Shown: positions 1 to 8,439, counted from the first letter of the stretch. The stretch: 14,511 nucleotides of DNA from Oligoflexales bacterium (GCA_041736175.1 JBGSUI010000177.1:1-14511), one strand, 5' to 3'. The notes: a model not told the origin generated them from the letters alone. A program made the numbers and translations.

Positions 1-301
1 CCCTATCGATGGCTTTATAAATCGGTCAATCCCCATGCTAAGCTGCTTCAGCGACTTGGCATTCAGCGCAAAATAGCCACAATTGCCAGCCACCACCGGA
101 AGTATTCCACTGCCAAAAATCCGGACCTAAAGCGTCGCCAAATTAATCCGATATTGGTAAAAGGGTGGTCCTTAGTGGTCCCGACGGTTGGCTTAAGGGC
201 AAATCCCAAGCTAAGGATGTCCATACCAAGCTTGTTTATCTATCATGGTAAGAGATCATTTTTCTGGTTCTACCGACTTTTTTGTGATGGGAGCTTTGTC
301 G

Positions 302-1885
302 ATGACTTTACGACCCGAACCACCTCCGCCACCCCAAGATCCCCAAGGTCCTCAAAACCACGAATTTGACCTGGTTGTGATCGGTAGCGGGCCAGCGGGC
401 TACAGGGCGGCGGTACAGGCTGCGAAGCTTAAAAAAACCGTGGCCGTCATCGAGAAAACCCGCGGGCGCCTCGGTGGAGCGTGGATTCATACGGGGACGA
501 TTCCTTCCAAGACTCTACGAGAGAGCATGGATTCGATCCATAATATCCGCTTCCATGCCGGGCCTAAGTGGGTCGAGCGGATCATCGCAGATCTACCTGC
601 CGAACAGCTTATGGGCCAGGCTCTCAAAGTCGCCCAATACGAAGAACAGATCGTCCGAAGATACTTTGCCCGCTATCATATCAAGCTCTACGAAGGATTC
701 GCTGCACTCGAAGATCGCAACACCATCCGCATCCTCGCCGAAAATGGAACCACCCAGCTGGTAGTGGCAAAAAACATCCTGATCGCCACCGGATCAAAAC
801 CCCGTCGTCCCGCGGAGATCCCTTTTGACGGATGGCGGGTGGTCGATGCTGATGAACTCTTGAGGCTGGAGTCGGTTCCAAAATCAATTGTTGTTTACGG
901 TGCTGGGGTGATCGGCTGCGAGTATGCGTGCATCTTTAGTGCCTTAGGCGTGCAAACAACCGTGATAGACTCTCGGCCCACTCTGATGCAATACGTAGAC
1001 CAAGAAACCGCCCACGCCCTTAAAAAATCCATGGAACAACGGGGAATTCGCTTTATTTTGGGAGCCAAGTACAAGGAGATTAAAGTCAACGGACCTACCT
1101 CGACCCTCTACCTCGAAAGTACCGAATGCAGCGAGGTCGAGGCAGAAGTGCTCTTTTATGCAACAGGCCGCAAACCCAATACAGAACGCCTTGGACTCGA
1201 ACGGGTCGGCATCGAAACCAATCCAAGGGGAGAGATCCTCGTCAACGAAAACTTTCAGACAGCCATCCATAACATCTATGCGGCGGGAGATAACATCGGG
1301 ACTCCAGCCCTCGCTGCCACCGCTGCTGCCCAGGGACGACATGCGGCCTGTCATATGTTTGGCAAAAAGGTGAAACCCTTTCCCAAAGTGTACCCCATGG
1401 GAATCTACACCATCCCCGAGATGTCCAGCGTCGGCTTAGCCGAGCATGAGCTTATCGAAAAAGGCCTCCCCTATGTGGTCGGGAGGGCCCACTATAGCGA
1501 AGTAGCCCGGGGGTATATCCGTGGTGACGATCATGGACTCCTTAAGCTCCTTATATGTAAAAAGACCCACCATATTTTGGGGATTCATATCCTAGGCCAT
1601 GATGCCTGCAATCTGATCCATATTGGCCTCGCGTTTATGCAAAAGGATGGTTACGCCCAAGACCTGGTGGACATGGTTTTTAACTACCCGACCCTTGCCG
1701 AAGCATTTCGAATCGCTGCCTTTAACGGACTCAATAAGATGTTTCCTGATGGGGAGATTGGAGATCCCCCAGGGCTTGCTGACGAGCCACTTCAAGGGTC
1801 GTCGAGTGCAGCACCGGAAAAACCCATGGCGGTTCCTCAGGTTGCCGAAGATTCCTTTAGTGTTAAGACGTTACGGGCAAAATAG
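302..1885 (+). CDS. sthA: Soluble (Si-specific) pyridine nucleotide transhydrogenase, flavoprotein disulfide reductase family
   Basis: FAD motif VIGSGPAG, GGxxxxxGTIPSKTLRE, NAD motif GAGVIGCE, ATGRKPN, IYAAGD, and the SthA-type C-terminus FNYPTLAEAFRIAAFNGLN (Tyr in place of the catalytic His of LpdA/Gor). ATG at 302 preferred over 245 because GGGAG lies just upstream. Confidence 0.93.
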   Translation: MTLRPEPPPPPQDPQGPQNHEFDLVVIGSGPAGYRAAVQAAKLKKTVAVIEKTRGRLGGAWIHTGTIPSKTLRESMDSIHNIRFHAGPKWVERIIADLPAEQLMGQALKVAQYEEQIVRRYFARYHIKLYEGFAALEDRNTIRILAENGTTQLVVAKNILIATGSKPRRPAEIPFDGWRVVDADELLRLESVPKSIVVYGAGVIGCEYACIFSALGVQTTVIDSRPTLMQYVDQETAHALKKSMEQRGIRFILGAKYKEIKVNGPTSTLYLESTECSEVEAEVLFYATGRKPNTERLGLERVGIETNPRGEILVNENFQTAIHNIYAAGDNIGTPALAATAAAQGRHAACHMFGKKVKPFPKVYPMGIYTIPEMSSVGLAEHELIEKGLPYVVGRAHYSEVARGYIRGDDHGLLKLLICKKTHHILGIHILGHDACNLIHIGLAFMQKDGYAQDLVDMVFNYPTLAEAFRIAAFNGLNKMFPDGEIGDPPGLADEPLQGSSSAAPEKPMAVPQVAEDSFSVKTLRAK

Positions 1886-1938
1886 GCTCGGCTAAGGGAT
1901 CCTCTGGTCGTGCAAAGTTTCGGCAAGGTGCTTAGAAC

Positions 1939-1966
1939 TTGCACTGTGCCTCATCCTAGGTACATT
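1939..1966 (+). promoter_or_regulatory. Candidate sigma70-type promoter (TTGCAC-16 nt-TACATT)
   Basis: -35-like hexamer at 1939-1944 and -10-like hexamer at 1961-1966 in the gap between convergent genes; no ORF follows on the + strand. Confidence 0.4.
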
Positions 1967-1972
1967 ATCAGA

Positions 1973-2072
1973 GTGTGTCTATTGATAGGACGATCATTTT
2001 GACGACATCCCCCCTATTCACGTCGTCAAATGACATAAGGCGCACCACTCTTTAGAGTGGCTGCGCCTTTTT
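1973..2072 (+). ncRNA. Candidate small RNA (~100 nt) with a C-rich-loop hairpin and an intrinsic terminator
   Basis: Upstream promoter-like element; hairpin 1994-2033 (TCATTTTGACGAC / GTCGTCAAATGA, loop containing CCCCCCTATT); terminator hairpin 2037-2069 followed by a T-run. Confidence 0.4.
2037..2072 (+). terminator. Rho-independent terminator
   Basis: AAGGCGCA-CCACTCT-tt-AGAGTGG-c-TGCGCCTT stem with one bulge, ending in TTTTT on the + strand. Confidence 0.85.
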
Positions 2073-2086
2073 AAAAAAAAGTCCCT

Positions 2087-2497
2087 TTATTCGAGAACAC
2101 TACAAACTGAAGCTGATGGCTCTGAGCGAATATCGTTTTGTTTGGCTTCCAGGTAGAAACACACCTTGGTACCCAAAGCAGGATAAGGGTCTATATTGGT
2201 TTTTCCAAGGATGATCGAGGGCGCATTAAAATCCACACCCTTGGTTTTGCCTTTGACCAGACTATCGATTTCTTTTCCTTTTTTATTGGTCTGGACACCT
2301 TGGGTGTAAAAGACATGATAGGAGGTCACCGGGGTTTTCGCGCCGGCCCAAGAAAGTTTAAGGGACCCTGGGCCTTTCGCAAGGCTGATATTTTCGCCAT
2401 TATTTCCATTTTGTTTGGTGGTTTTATCGGTATCGCAGCTAAGAAAGAGCAGCGTACTGAGAAAACAAAGAACCAGTAAGGATTTTGCAAAATTCAT
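2087..2497 (-). CDS. Lipoprotein with a fibronectin type III-like domain
   Basis: Hydrophobic signal ending in lipobox FLS-C; FN3-like pattern SLKLSW...SYHVFY...FYLEAK...RSEPS; ATGA overlap with the upstream gene. Confidence 0.75.
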   Translation of the reverse strand: MNFAKSLLVLCFLSTLLFLSCDTDKTTKQNGNNGENISLAKGPGSLKLSWAGAKTPVTSYHVFYTQGVQTNKKGKEIDSLVKGKTKGVDFNAPSIILGKTNIDPYPALGTKVCFYLEAKQNDIRSEPSASVCSVLE

Positions 2498-3219
2498 GGT
2501 GCGCTCCCTTGCTTCTCGAGTTTGAGCCCGGTTGGTTTTTCGGGTTTATTGGACGGTGGATTTTCCTGACTGGGCGGAGTGGTCCCTGTCGTTCCTGTCC
2601 CTGTTCCATTTGATGTACCCGTGGAGGCTCCCCCTGGAGGCGGCGGTGTGGGGGCTGGAGTAGGGGCTGGAGTTGGCGCTGGTGCTGGAGGCACGGGATT
2701 ATTGCTAATCCTGATATCGCTACAGGAGTAGTAAAAGCTCTTTGGACCCGTCGGGCCTTGGTCCTGCATGATCTGGATCAACTGCAGGGTACACCCCTCA
2801 CATTCTGTGGTGGGCAAGGTAATCTGGGCGGTAAACTGATGGTTGGCTCCATTTAGGACTTGGGTGTTTTGGTTGTCTTGGACTGTTGTCAGAGGTATTG
2901 GGGTCCCAGAAATCGTGTCATTTGCCGGCATAAAATACACTTCGAAATAGCCTAGATGATTGATGGTCTCTTCAAACTCTACGGTCACCTGTTGGCCTGG
3001 CTTAAAGGTTGTCGAGGTGGCCGTCCTCGGTACGTCGCCGCAAGGGGCCGTCTTAAGTCCCGTGGAATCATTGCGCGGGGGGGTTATTTTACTCCCAACC
3101 TTCCAGCGGGCATGGGCAAAGGCTTGTGGGGCGACACCCCAAAGTCCCGCTCCAAGCAGCGACATGTGAGCGACCAAGACAAGAGACCGAGGGAGATTAA
3201 CGTTTCCAAATCTTTTCAT
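2494..3219 (-). CDS. Secreted SCE4755-family lytic polysaccharide monooxygenase-like (His-brace copper) protein
   Basis: Signal peptide ends AFA|H, so the mature protein begins with His; motifs PPR...GLKTAPCG, ETINH, LPxxxCxxCTLQLIQ, YYSCSDI; Pro/Thr/Gly-rich C-terminal linker. Confidence 0.85.
   Translation of the reverse strand: MKRFGNVNLPRSLVLVAHMSLLGAGLWGVAPQAFAHARWKVGSKITPPRNDSTGLKTAPCGDVPRTATSTTFKPGQQVTVEFEETINHLGYFEVYFMPANDTISGTPIPLTTVQDNQNTQVLNGANHQFTAQITLPTTECEGCTLQLIQIMQDQGPTGPKSFYYSCSDIRISNNPVPPAPAPTPAPTPAPTPPPPGGASTGTSNGTGTGTTGTTPPSQENPPSNKPEKPTGLKLEKQGSAP
2647..2682 (-). repeat. Three imperfect 12-nt coding repeats (PAPT x3 linker)
   Basis: TGTGGGGGCTGG / AGTAGGGGCTGG / AGTTGGCGCTGG on the + strand. 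Confidence 0.85.
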
Positions 3220-3734
3220 GATGAACCCTTTCGACCTTGGGAGCTTATATCCAAAGGCTCTGGTGGTGGCTGTGCTTTCCCTGGAGAGACCCTAGGTTGG
3301 CAGGTTTCATAAAGGCTACCGTCGGGCAGCACCGTCTGGCAAAGGATCGCTTCGTTGAGATCCTTGTCGCGAATATTGGCTTCCGTCAGGTCTGCACCGG
3401 TAAAGTCGGCTCCCTTAAGACTAAGGACCGAGGAGAGATCAGCCCGGCGTAGGAGTGCCGCCTTAAGGTTTGCTCCCGTCAGGTCAGCACTAGATAGATC
3501 GGTCCCTTGGAGGTTGGCCCCCGCAAGATCGCTGCCAGACAGGTCCAACCCCGCAAGCTCCGATTGTTTAAGATTACACCCCCGGCATTCGCCATTGTCC
3601 TTTAGATAGGATTCCGCTGCCTTAACCTGGTAAAAACGGCTGGAATCCTCTCCCTTCACCGACGCTCGGTTCCAGAGACCCCCAAGGACCACCATAAGAC
3701 CTGTCGCATAAATTGGTAAATACTTCATAGGCAC
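3216..3734 (-). CDS. Exported pentapeptide repeat protein
   Basis: N-terminal hydrophobic segment, CRGCNL cap, tandem A(D/N)Lxx repeats, LCQTVLPDG cap; GGGGAGGAG RBS (start could be the ATG at 3728). Confidence 0.9.
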   Translation of the reverse strand: MPMKYLPIYATGLMVVLGGLWNRASVKGEDSSRFYQVKAAESYLKDNGECRGCNLKQSELAGLDLSGSDLAGANLQGTDLSSADLTGANLKAALLRRADLSSVLSLKGADFTGADLTEANIRDKDLNEAILCQTVLPDGSLYETCQPRVSPGKAQPPPEPLDISSQGRKGSS

Positions 3735-3908
3735 TCCTCCCCTACCCCATCCATCGGGATCTGGAAGAAATTACTTAACTAATTTATGTTTATCTATTGT
3801 TTTCAGTTTGTTAAGGCGGATTGATACCAACGCAACCCGATCGACGTCCTAATCTGTTTAGGATCTGGTCACTTATTCCGATACGGTAGACTCAAGGGGA
3901 AAGAGACT

Positions 3909-5312
3909 ATGATACCATCCAAAAAAATGAGTCAAATAAAAGACTTTTTCCTTGGACGAGATCCAACTCTTTCCATGGACGAGCAGAGTTTTTTAGCGAC
4001 TCACTCCCAGGAACATCTAAAAGTGCTTGGAAACGCGGTTAGCCGTTACGGGTCACTTATTCTCCTGGTGACCATCATCCCCATCTTTTTTGTGAGTCCC
4101 GAACCACAAAGATCCGTCCAGATGATAACCCATGGGACCTTAGGGGGGATCCTTTTTGTAAAAGGTTACCTCTTTAACTTTTTTAAGGAACGCGGAAAAA
4201 TCTTTTTTATTTCTCTCCAATTCACCTTGACCTGTGGTTATGCAGTGGCCTTAAAGGCCGCACTCGTGTCCGGTGCCAATATCACCAATATCGGATTTTT
4301 GTCCTCACTCTATGCAGTGATGATCATCTTTAATATCCTCTTATGCCCCTATTATAACGCCGTGGTCATCGGAAGTGCCTGTGCCTATATCGGACTCGGT
4401 GTATGGGCCTGGACGGGGGTCCCAGGCCTCAAGCCTTTCGATTGGTCGATTGTCCTGATAGGGAGCAGCACATTTGCCGTCATCATGTTTTATGCACGGA
4501 TAGCGGGCGAAAAAAAAACCAGGATCTGGCAATATCGGTCCAGCAAGCTCTCGGACCAAATCAAACAGGTCAAAATCGATGCCATCGAGCAGGATCTAGC
4601 TCTGGCCCGCAAGATCCAAAATTCTTTTGAAACACCAGAAAAGCTGACCGAAGAAGGCTGGTATTCAGCAGCCTTTTGTCAGAAAAAACATGGAACCTTA
4701 GGGGGAGACTGGCTTGCGGCGCGGACCTTGCCCAATGGCGACATCGCCATCCTGGTCGCGGATGCCACAGGCAAAGGGGTTCAAGCAGCTTTGGTGATCC
4801 ATGCCGTACAATCCCACTGGGCCCACGGGATGGATGATGGGCAGTTTGAGCCTCTCCATTGGATCAACTCCCTCAACAAAATGCTTTTTAGACTCGGCAA
4901 ATCTTCGGTCCACAGCCTCACCCTAGGGCTGCTCGTACTCTCACGGGACACCCTCGCCTATTATTCGGCAGCCCATGTCCCCATCTTTGCACTCAAACAC
5001 CGAGTGGATGATTCTTTTGATGTGATCCCGATTATGGCCCGAGGCAGCGTCCTCGGGATGGGCGAAGAGGTAACCCTTATGCCCGTGGTTTTATCTCTTG
5101 CCGCCCTCGATGCGGACGTGATTATGCTCGGCAGCGACGGGGTCTTTGAGCGAGCATCGACATTAAGCCGTGGATATTTGACGAATCTCTATATGAATTT
5201 TCGCCATAAGGGTCCCGCTGTTTTAAATGATCTTAAGACTGCGGACGATATGATGCTTGTGGTGATTGAGCTAGAAAGAAAGGCCGTGAAGCCTCAGTCT
5301 CTTGCGGCCTAG
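3909..5312 (+). CDS. Membrane-bound PP2C/SpoIIE (RsbU-like) Ser/Thr phosphatase
   Basis: About six N-terminal hydrophobic helices, coiled coil DLALARKIQ, and motifs LGGDW, VADATGKGVQAA, SAAH, GSDGVFE, ADDM; AAGGGGA RBS. Confidence 0.92.
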   Translation: MIPSKKMSQIKDFFLGRDPTLSMDEQSFLATHSQEHLKVLGNAVSRYGSLILLVTIIPIFFVSPEPQRSVQMITHGTLGGILFVKGYLFNFFKERGKIFFISLQFTLTCGYAVALKAALVSGANITNIGFLSSLYAVMIIFNILLCPYYNAVVIGSACAYIGLGVWAWTGVPGLKPFDWSIVLIGSSTFAVIMFYARIAGEKKTRIWQYRSSKLSDQIKQVKIDAIEQDLALARKIQNSFETPEKLTEEGWYSAAFCQKKHGTLGGDWLAARTLPNGDIAILVADATGKGVQAALVIHAVQSHWAHGMDDGQFEPLHWINSLNKMLFRLGKSSVHSLTLGLLVLSRDTLAYYSAAHVPIFALKHRVDDSFDVIPIMARGSVLGMGEEVTLMPVVLSLAALDADVIMLGSDGVFERASTLSRGYLTNLYMNFRHKGPAVLNDLKTADDMMLVVIELERKAVKPQSLAA

Positions 5313-5332
5313 ATCCACAATTCTTTGGGCAG

Positions 5333-5959
5333 CTATATTGCAGCATGGCGCCTTAAGACCGTGAGCCCGTGATTATGATTGTGAACTCGCTCAACCTCCC
5401 ACACGGGGGTTTCTTGCAAAAACTCCGAAACAGCAAACGACAGACCCTTATAGATCTCTTCGATGGGATAACCCGACTGCTCCGACAGGGTGATAAGGTC
5501 ACTCTTCATTCTTACAGAATCGCTGGTTCGTGCATAAACCTCGGTATCATGCATGATGATCCAGCGCCTGGCTGCGTGGTGGTGTTTCACAAGCTCTCGC
5601 TTGAGATGGCCATAACAATGCCAGGAATCGATAAACAAGAGATCAACCTCGGGCAAGTCGACGGCGACCGAATCCCCTTGGATAAAGGACATATCGAGGC
5701 CACAGGATCTCGCCAGTTTGATGGCTGGCACAGCAGAGCAATCCTCGATATCGACACTGATAAGCTGTCGCTTATAAGCTTGATCCCGCAGCAACCCCAC
5801 CGCCAAGGCTGCCGTCGAGATCCCGCTCCGGGCCCCTAATTCACACACCCGGTCACTGTGTTTGGCATAGTCTAGGAGGGTGAAAAGGTGTTCGTTGATA
5901 TCCGTAGGATATTCTACGAGCTGGTAGAAATACTCTTTGAGTTGGTGAAGGGAGTTCAT
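5333..5959 (-). CDS. Class I SAM-dependent methyltransferase (Methyltransf_24-like)
   Basis: ELGARSGIST motif I, SVDI, IQGDS, DLLFIDSWH, IIMHDT. Confidence 0.88.
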   Translation of the reverse strand: MNSLHQLKEYFYQLVEYPTDINEHLFTLLDYAKHSDRVCELGARSGISTAALAVGLLRDQAYKRQLISVDIEDCSAVPAIKLARSCGLDMSFIQGDSVAVDLPEVDLLFIDSWHCYGHLKRELVKHHHAARRWIIMHDTEVYARTSDSVRMKSDLITLSEQSGYPIEEIYKGLSFAVSEFLQETPVWEVERVHNHNHGLTVLRRHAAI

Positions 5960-6186
5960 CGAGCCTCATTTTAATTTTTGGGTAGGGTCCTTGACTCCTA
6001 GAATGTCCCAAAACTTTAAATGAGGCAAATGTTTCTAACAACCACAGGGTTGGACCATCCCAGGGATGTCTAACCTAAGATCTTCAAATACCTAGGCCTC
6101 TAGGTGATCGTCGGACGCACTGTAGTATATCCTTATATAACAGAATGTTACAAGAATGTCTTTAGACTTTTCATAACTTTGACGAT

Positions 6187-6204
6187 ACAATGTAGGTACA
6201 TTGT
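6187..6204. promoter_or_regulatory. Inverted repeat, probable antitoxin operator
   Basis: ACAATGTA-gg-TACATTGT, perfect 8-bp arms, upstream of the RHH-type antitoxin gene. Confidence 0.6.
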
Positions 6205-6296
6205 TATGAGGGCTGTTAGGATGGAGCTTTTGATATATGACCTACTATGTCGATAAAAGAAGGAAAACATCTGCAAAAAAGAAGGCGGCAGGATAT

Positions 6297-6587
6297 ATGG
6301 ATAAAAAAATTAAGCGTACCAAAGTAGAGAAGGAAAAATTCGTACATGATATTGGTGATGACTATGAACCTGATGGAAAATTCGGTCATGATCCAAAATT
6401 CATAGCTGTTCGCAAGGCGACTATAAAGTTGAAGAATAGCGATCTTCGCACGATCCGCATTGACGACGAGTTTCTAGCTGACATCAAAAAAGCCGCGATT
6501 GATGAAGGCTTTGACTCTTATCAAACATTTGTAAAAGTAACTCTCAAGCGCTATATCATGGAAAAAAAGAGAAAACAGGAGGCGTGA
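6297..6587 (+). CDS. BrnA/CopG-like ribbon-helix-helix antitoxin
   Basis: C-terminal RTIRIDDEFLADIKKAA...GFDSYQTFVKVTLKRYI fits the BrnA/CopG pattern (xIRld...YQT.in..Lr.y). The frame is open from 6237; ATG 6297 follows AGGA. Confidence 0.72.
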   Translation: MDKKIKRTKVEKEKFVHDIGDDYEPDGKFGHDPKFIAVRKATIKLKNSDLRTIRIDDEFLADIKKAAIDEGFDSYQTFVKVTLKRYIMEKKRKQEA

Positions 6588-6666
6588 TTGATGGATGGAG
6601 GGTACGGTGGCTCGTAGAGCATGAGTGGTTGAATGAATTGATTTTAAATGGCTTAAAGGAGATAAA

Positions 6667-6900
6667 ATGATTAAAGAAAACGACATTTTGCCAGGTTACA
6701 AGTGGATTGTTGTGGCGAAAGGGTATTTGGGAGGGCATCCATCAATTTACAAAAAAAGGACATCAATAGATTTGATCCTCAAATTTCTTGCCCAAGGCAT
6801 GACACCAGACGAAATTTCAGCTGACTATGAAATTCCAAAAGAGGCCATTCTCGAAGCGATCGACTTCGCACGCGCCGAAGTCGCGAAGCGGAAGGTCTAA
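6667..6900 (+). CDS. DUF433 domain protein (VapB45-like putative antitoxin)
   Basis: WIVVAKGYLGGHPSI...R...ILKFLAQGMTPDEISADY.IPKEAILEAIDFA matches DUF433; strong AAGGAG RBS. Confidence 0.92.
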   Translation: MIKENDILPGYKWIVVAKGYLGGHPSIYKKRTSIDLILKFLAQGMTPDEISADYEIPKEAILEAIDFARAEVAKRKV

Positions 6901-6902
6901 AA

Positions 6903-7061
6903 ATGTATCCCTCGATCACCATTATATTGATTGATACGGATGCATTACCTCAAAAAGGCTCCTCTCCATACCTTGATAGGTTCGCGGTGGCACTTAAGTC
7001 GGAACCTTTTAAAGTCTCGAAAGGTAGTTCCATTAAGTGGCCAAAAAACTTTTATGGATAA
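6903..7061 (+). pseudogene. 52-codon ORF, possibly a remnant of the DUF433 partner (DUF5615/PIN-like) gene
   Basis: Starts 2 nt after the DUF433 stop (MYPSITIILIDTDALPQ...NFYG*), where the PIN-like toxin normally lies; too short and lacks the N-terminal D-E-N motif. Identity is inferred from position only. Confidence 0.3.
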
Positions 7062-7101
7062 CTGAGAAAATTTTATGAATAAAAGTGAATATAAAGGCAT
7101 A

Positions 7102-7262
7102 TAGTACTGCAAGACTCTTGCCAAAGAAAACGTGATTTGATACCAAAGCCATGAGAGCAGACTGCCGCTAACCGACTAGTTTGATTTAACCATCAAAATC
7201 TGCGGGAATAAGATACCGACTGAGTTTTTTGAGCATTTTTTTTCATAAGGCAAATCATCAAT
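7102..7262. repeat. Repeat A (non-coding; possibly an IS/MITE end)
   Basis: 7102-7193 matches 13067-13158 at 84/92 by manual alignment, and 7234-7262 matches about 13156-13183. Begins TAGTACTGCAAGACTCTTGC with an internal inverted repeat GCAAGA-c-TCTTGC. Confidence 0.9.
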
Positions 7263-7302
7263 ATTTTGCGGCCTTTGGTGACTTTGGCTACGTGGGATAT
7301 CT

Positions 7303-8439
7303 TCAGCTCCCGGGACAGATGTCTCCAGCGAGACGCTCCATCTTTTCTGCGTACGTATAAGCGGCCGCAACCATCCCTTTGTACGTGCAGGTAAACACAA
7401 TATTTTCCGCTTCAATTGACATAGGTTGTTCTCGCGCAGTTTGGTCATCTTCGCACGCCGGATTCCAGCGATCAATTTTGCGTCCTCGCAAAAGCTCCGG
7501 CTCTCTTACAGTGCCGTCAGCTGCACGGCGGAAGAGTCGATATATTTTCAAATCCACAAACCGGCTGGCTGAATTCCCATTTGGCTGGCAGCCCGTAGAT
7601 TCGTGTAGCATCACATTGAGTGATAGACATGAATTTCCCTGAGACACTCCGATTTGAAGCTTTCGATCTGGGCCAATACCAGTTCGAAAGGCATCATATG
7701 GCTTGTCATCTGACGGCGAAAATTCCCGTACATCATCTCCTGATTGATAAAACCCAATCCCACCGTTTTGTCTGATTTCGCAGTAAAACTTGTCTCTCAC
7801 AGAGAATTTCTGACCGATTATGCCGGTGTGTTCCGCAAAATTTGCGATCGCCAATCCCGCAGCGTCAAGGAGCGCGCGTCCGGTTGGGAATGCCAGGACC
7901 GGTGCATCATCTTCGATATAAAGGCGCGGATCGTCAATGGACCCATGCCGGAATTCGACTTTATGACTTGTTTCGTGTGCCACCAAAGCCATTAATAGTT
8001 TGGGACTTCGCCGGAGAATAAGCCCATAGTCAAAGGTCACCGATCCATCAGGTCCTGTCAGCGTTTTTGCGGCAACTCTATACTGCGATCCACCAGGCCC
8101 GGTCACAGTGACTGGATCTTTTGATAGTTCGAATGGCACACGCCCCGGCCCGGAGTGAAGACCGGACATAGCGCCTGCGACTTGGCGCAGGAATGTCGCA
8201 CAGTCTCGTTTGAGAGCTGCTTCCAGACCCTGGCCATCGCAAATGTTTTCCTGAATTTTCATGCTGGACAATTGAAATCTTTGCAGCGATTCCACAAACA
8301 GAGCTCGTGTTTCCTCCAGGTAAGCAGCAATGACATCGCCACCGCTGCCAATTCCAGTGTGGGCCGATGCCGTGGGTTCCATTAAAAACACGGTCGTCAG
8401 CAAAAGCAACAGCCAAGTTTTATTCCAAATTGCCATCAT
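7303..8439 (-). CDS. Secreted protein with an HExxH motif (putative zinc metallopeptidase-like)
   Basis: Signal peptide (ASA|H), then TGIGSGGD; LVAHETSHK; several Cys; ATGA overlap with the TIGR02147 gene. Confidence 0.75.
   Translation of the reverse strand: MMAIWNKTWLLLLLTTVFLMEPTASAHTGIGSGGDVIAAYLEETRALFVESLQRFQLSSMKIQENICDGQGLEAALKRDCATFLRQVAGAMSGLHSGPGRVPFELSKDPVTVTGPGGSQYRVAAKTLTGPDGSVTFDYGLILRRSPKLLMALVAHETSHKVEFRHGSIDDPRLYIEDDAPVLAFPTGRALLDAAGLAIANFAEHTGIIGQKFSVRDKFYCEIRQNGGIGFYQSGDDVREFSPSDDKPYDAFRTGIGPDRKLQIGVSQGNSCLSLNVMLHESTGCQPNGNSASRFVDLKIYRLFRRAADGTVREPELLRGRKIDRWNPACEDDQTAREQPMSIEAENIVFTCTYKGMVAAAYTYAEKMERLAGDICPGS

Noticed and set aside
1..369. Open frame at the window start, including the 154-369 ORF
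   Set aside because: Overlaps sthA out of frame with no recognisable protein features; the content of 1-240 cannot be assigned.
7176..7475. 99-aa minus-strand ORF
   Set aside because: Overlaps the 378-aa gene out of frame and runs into repeat A; no recognisable transposase motif.
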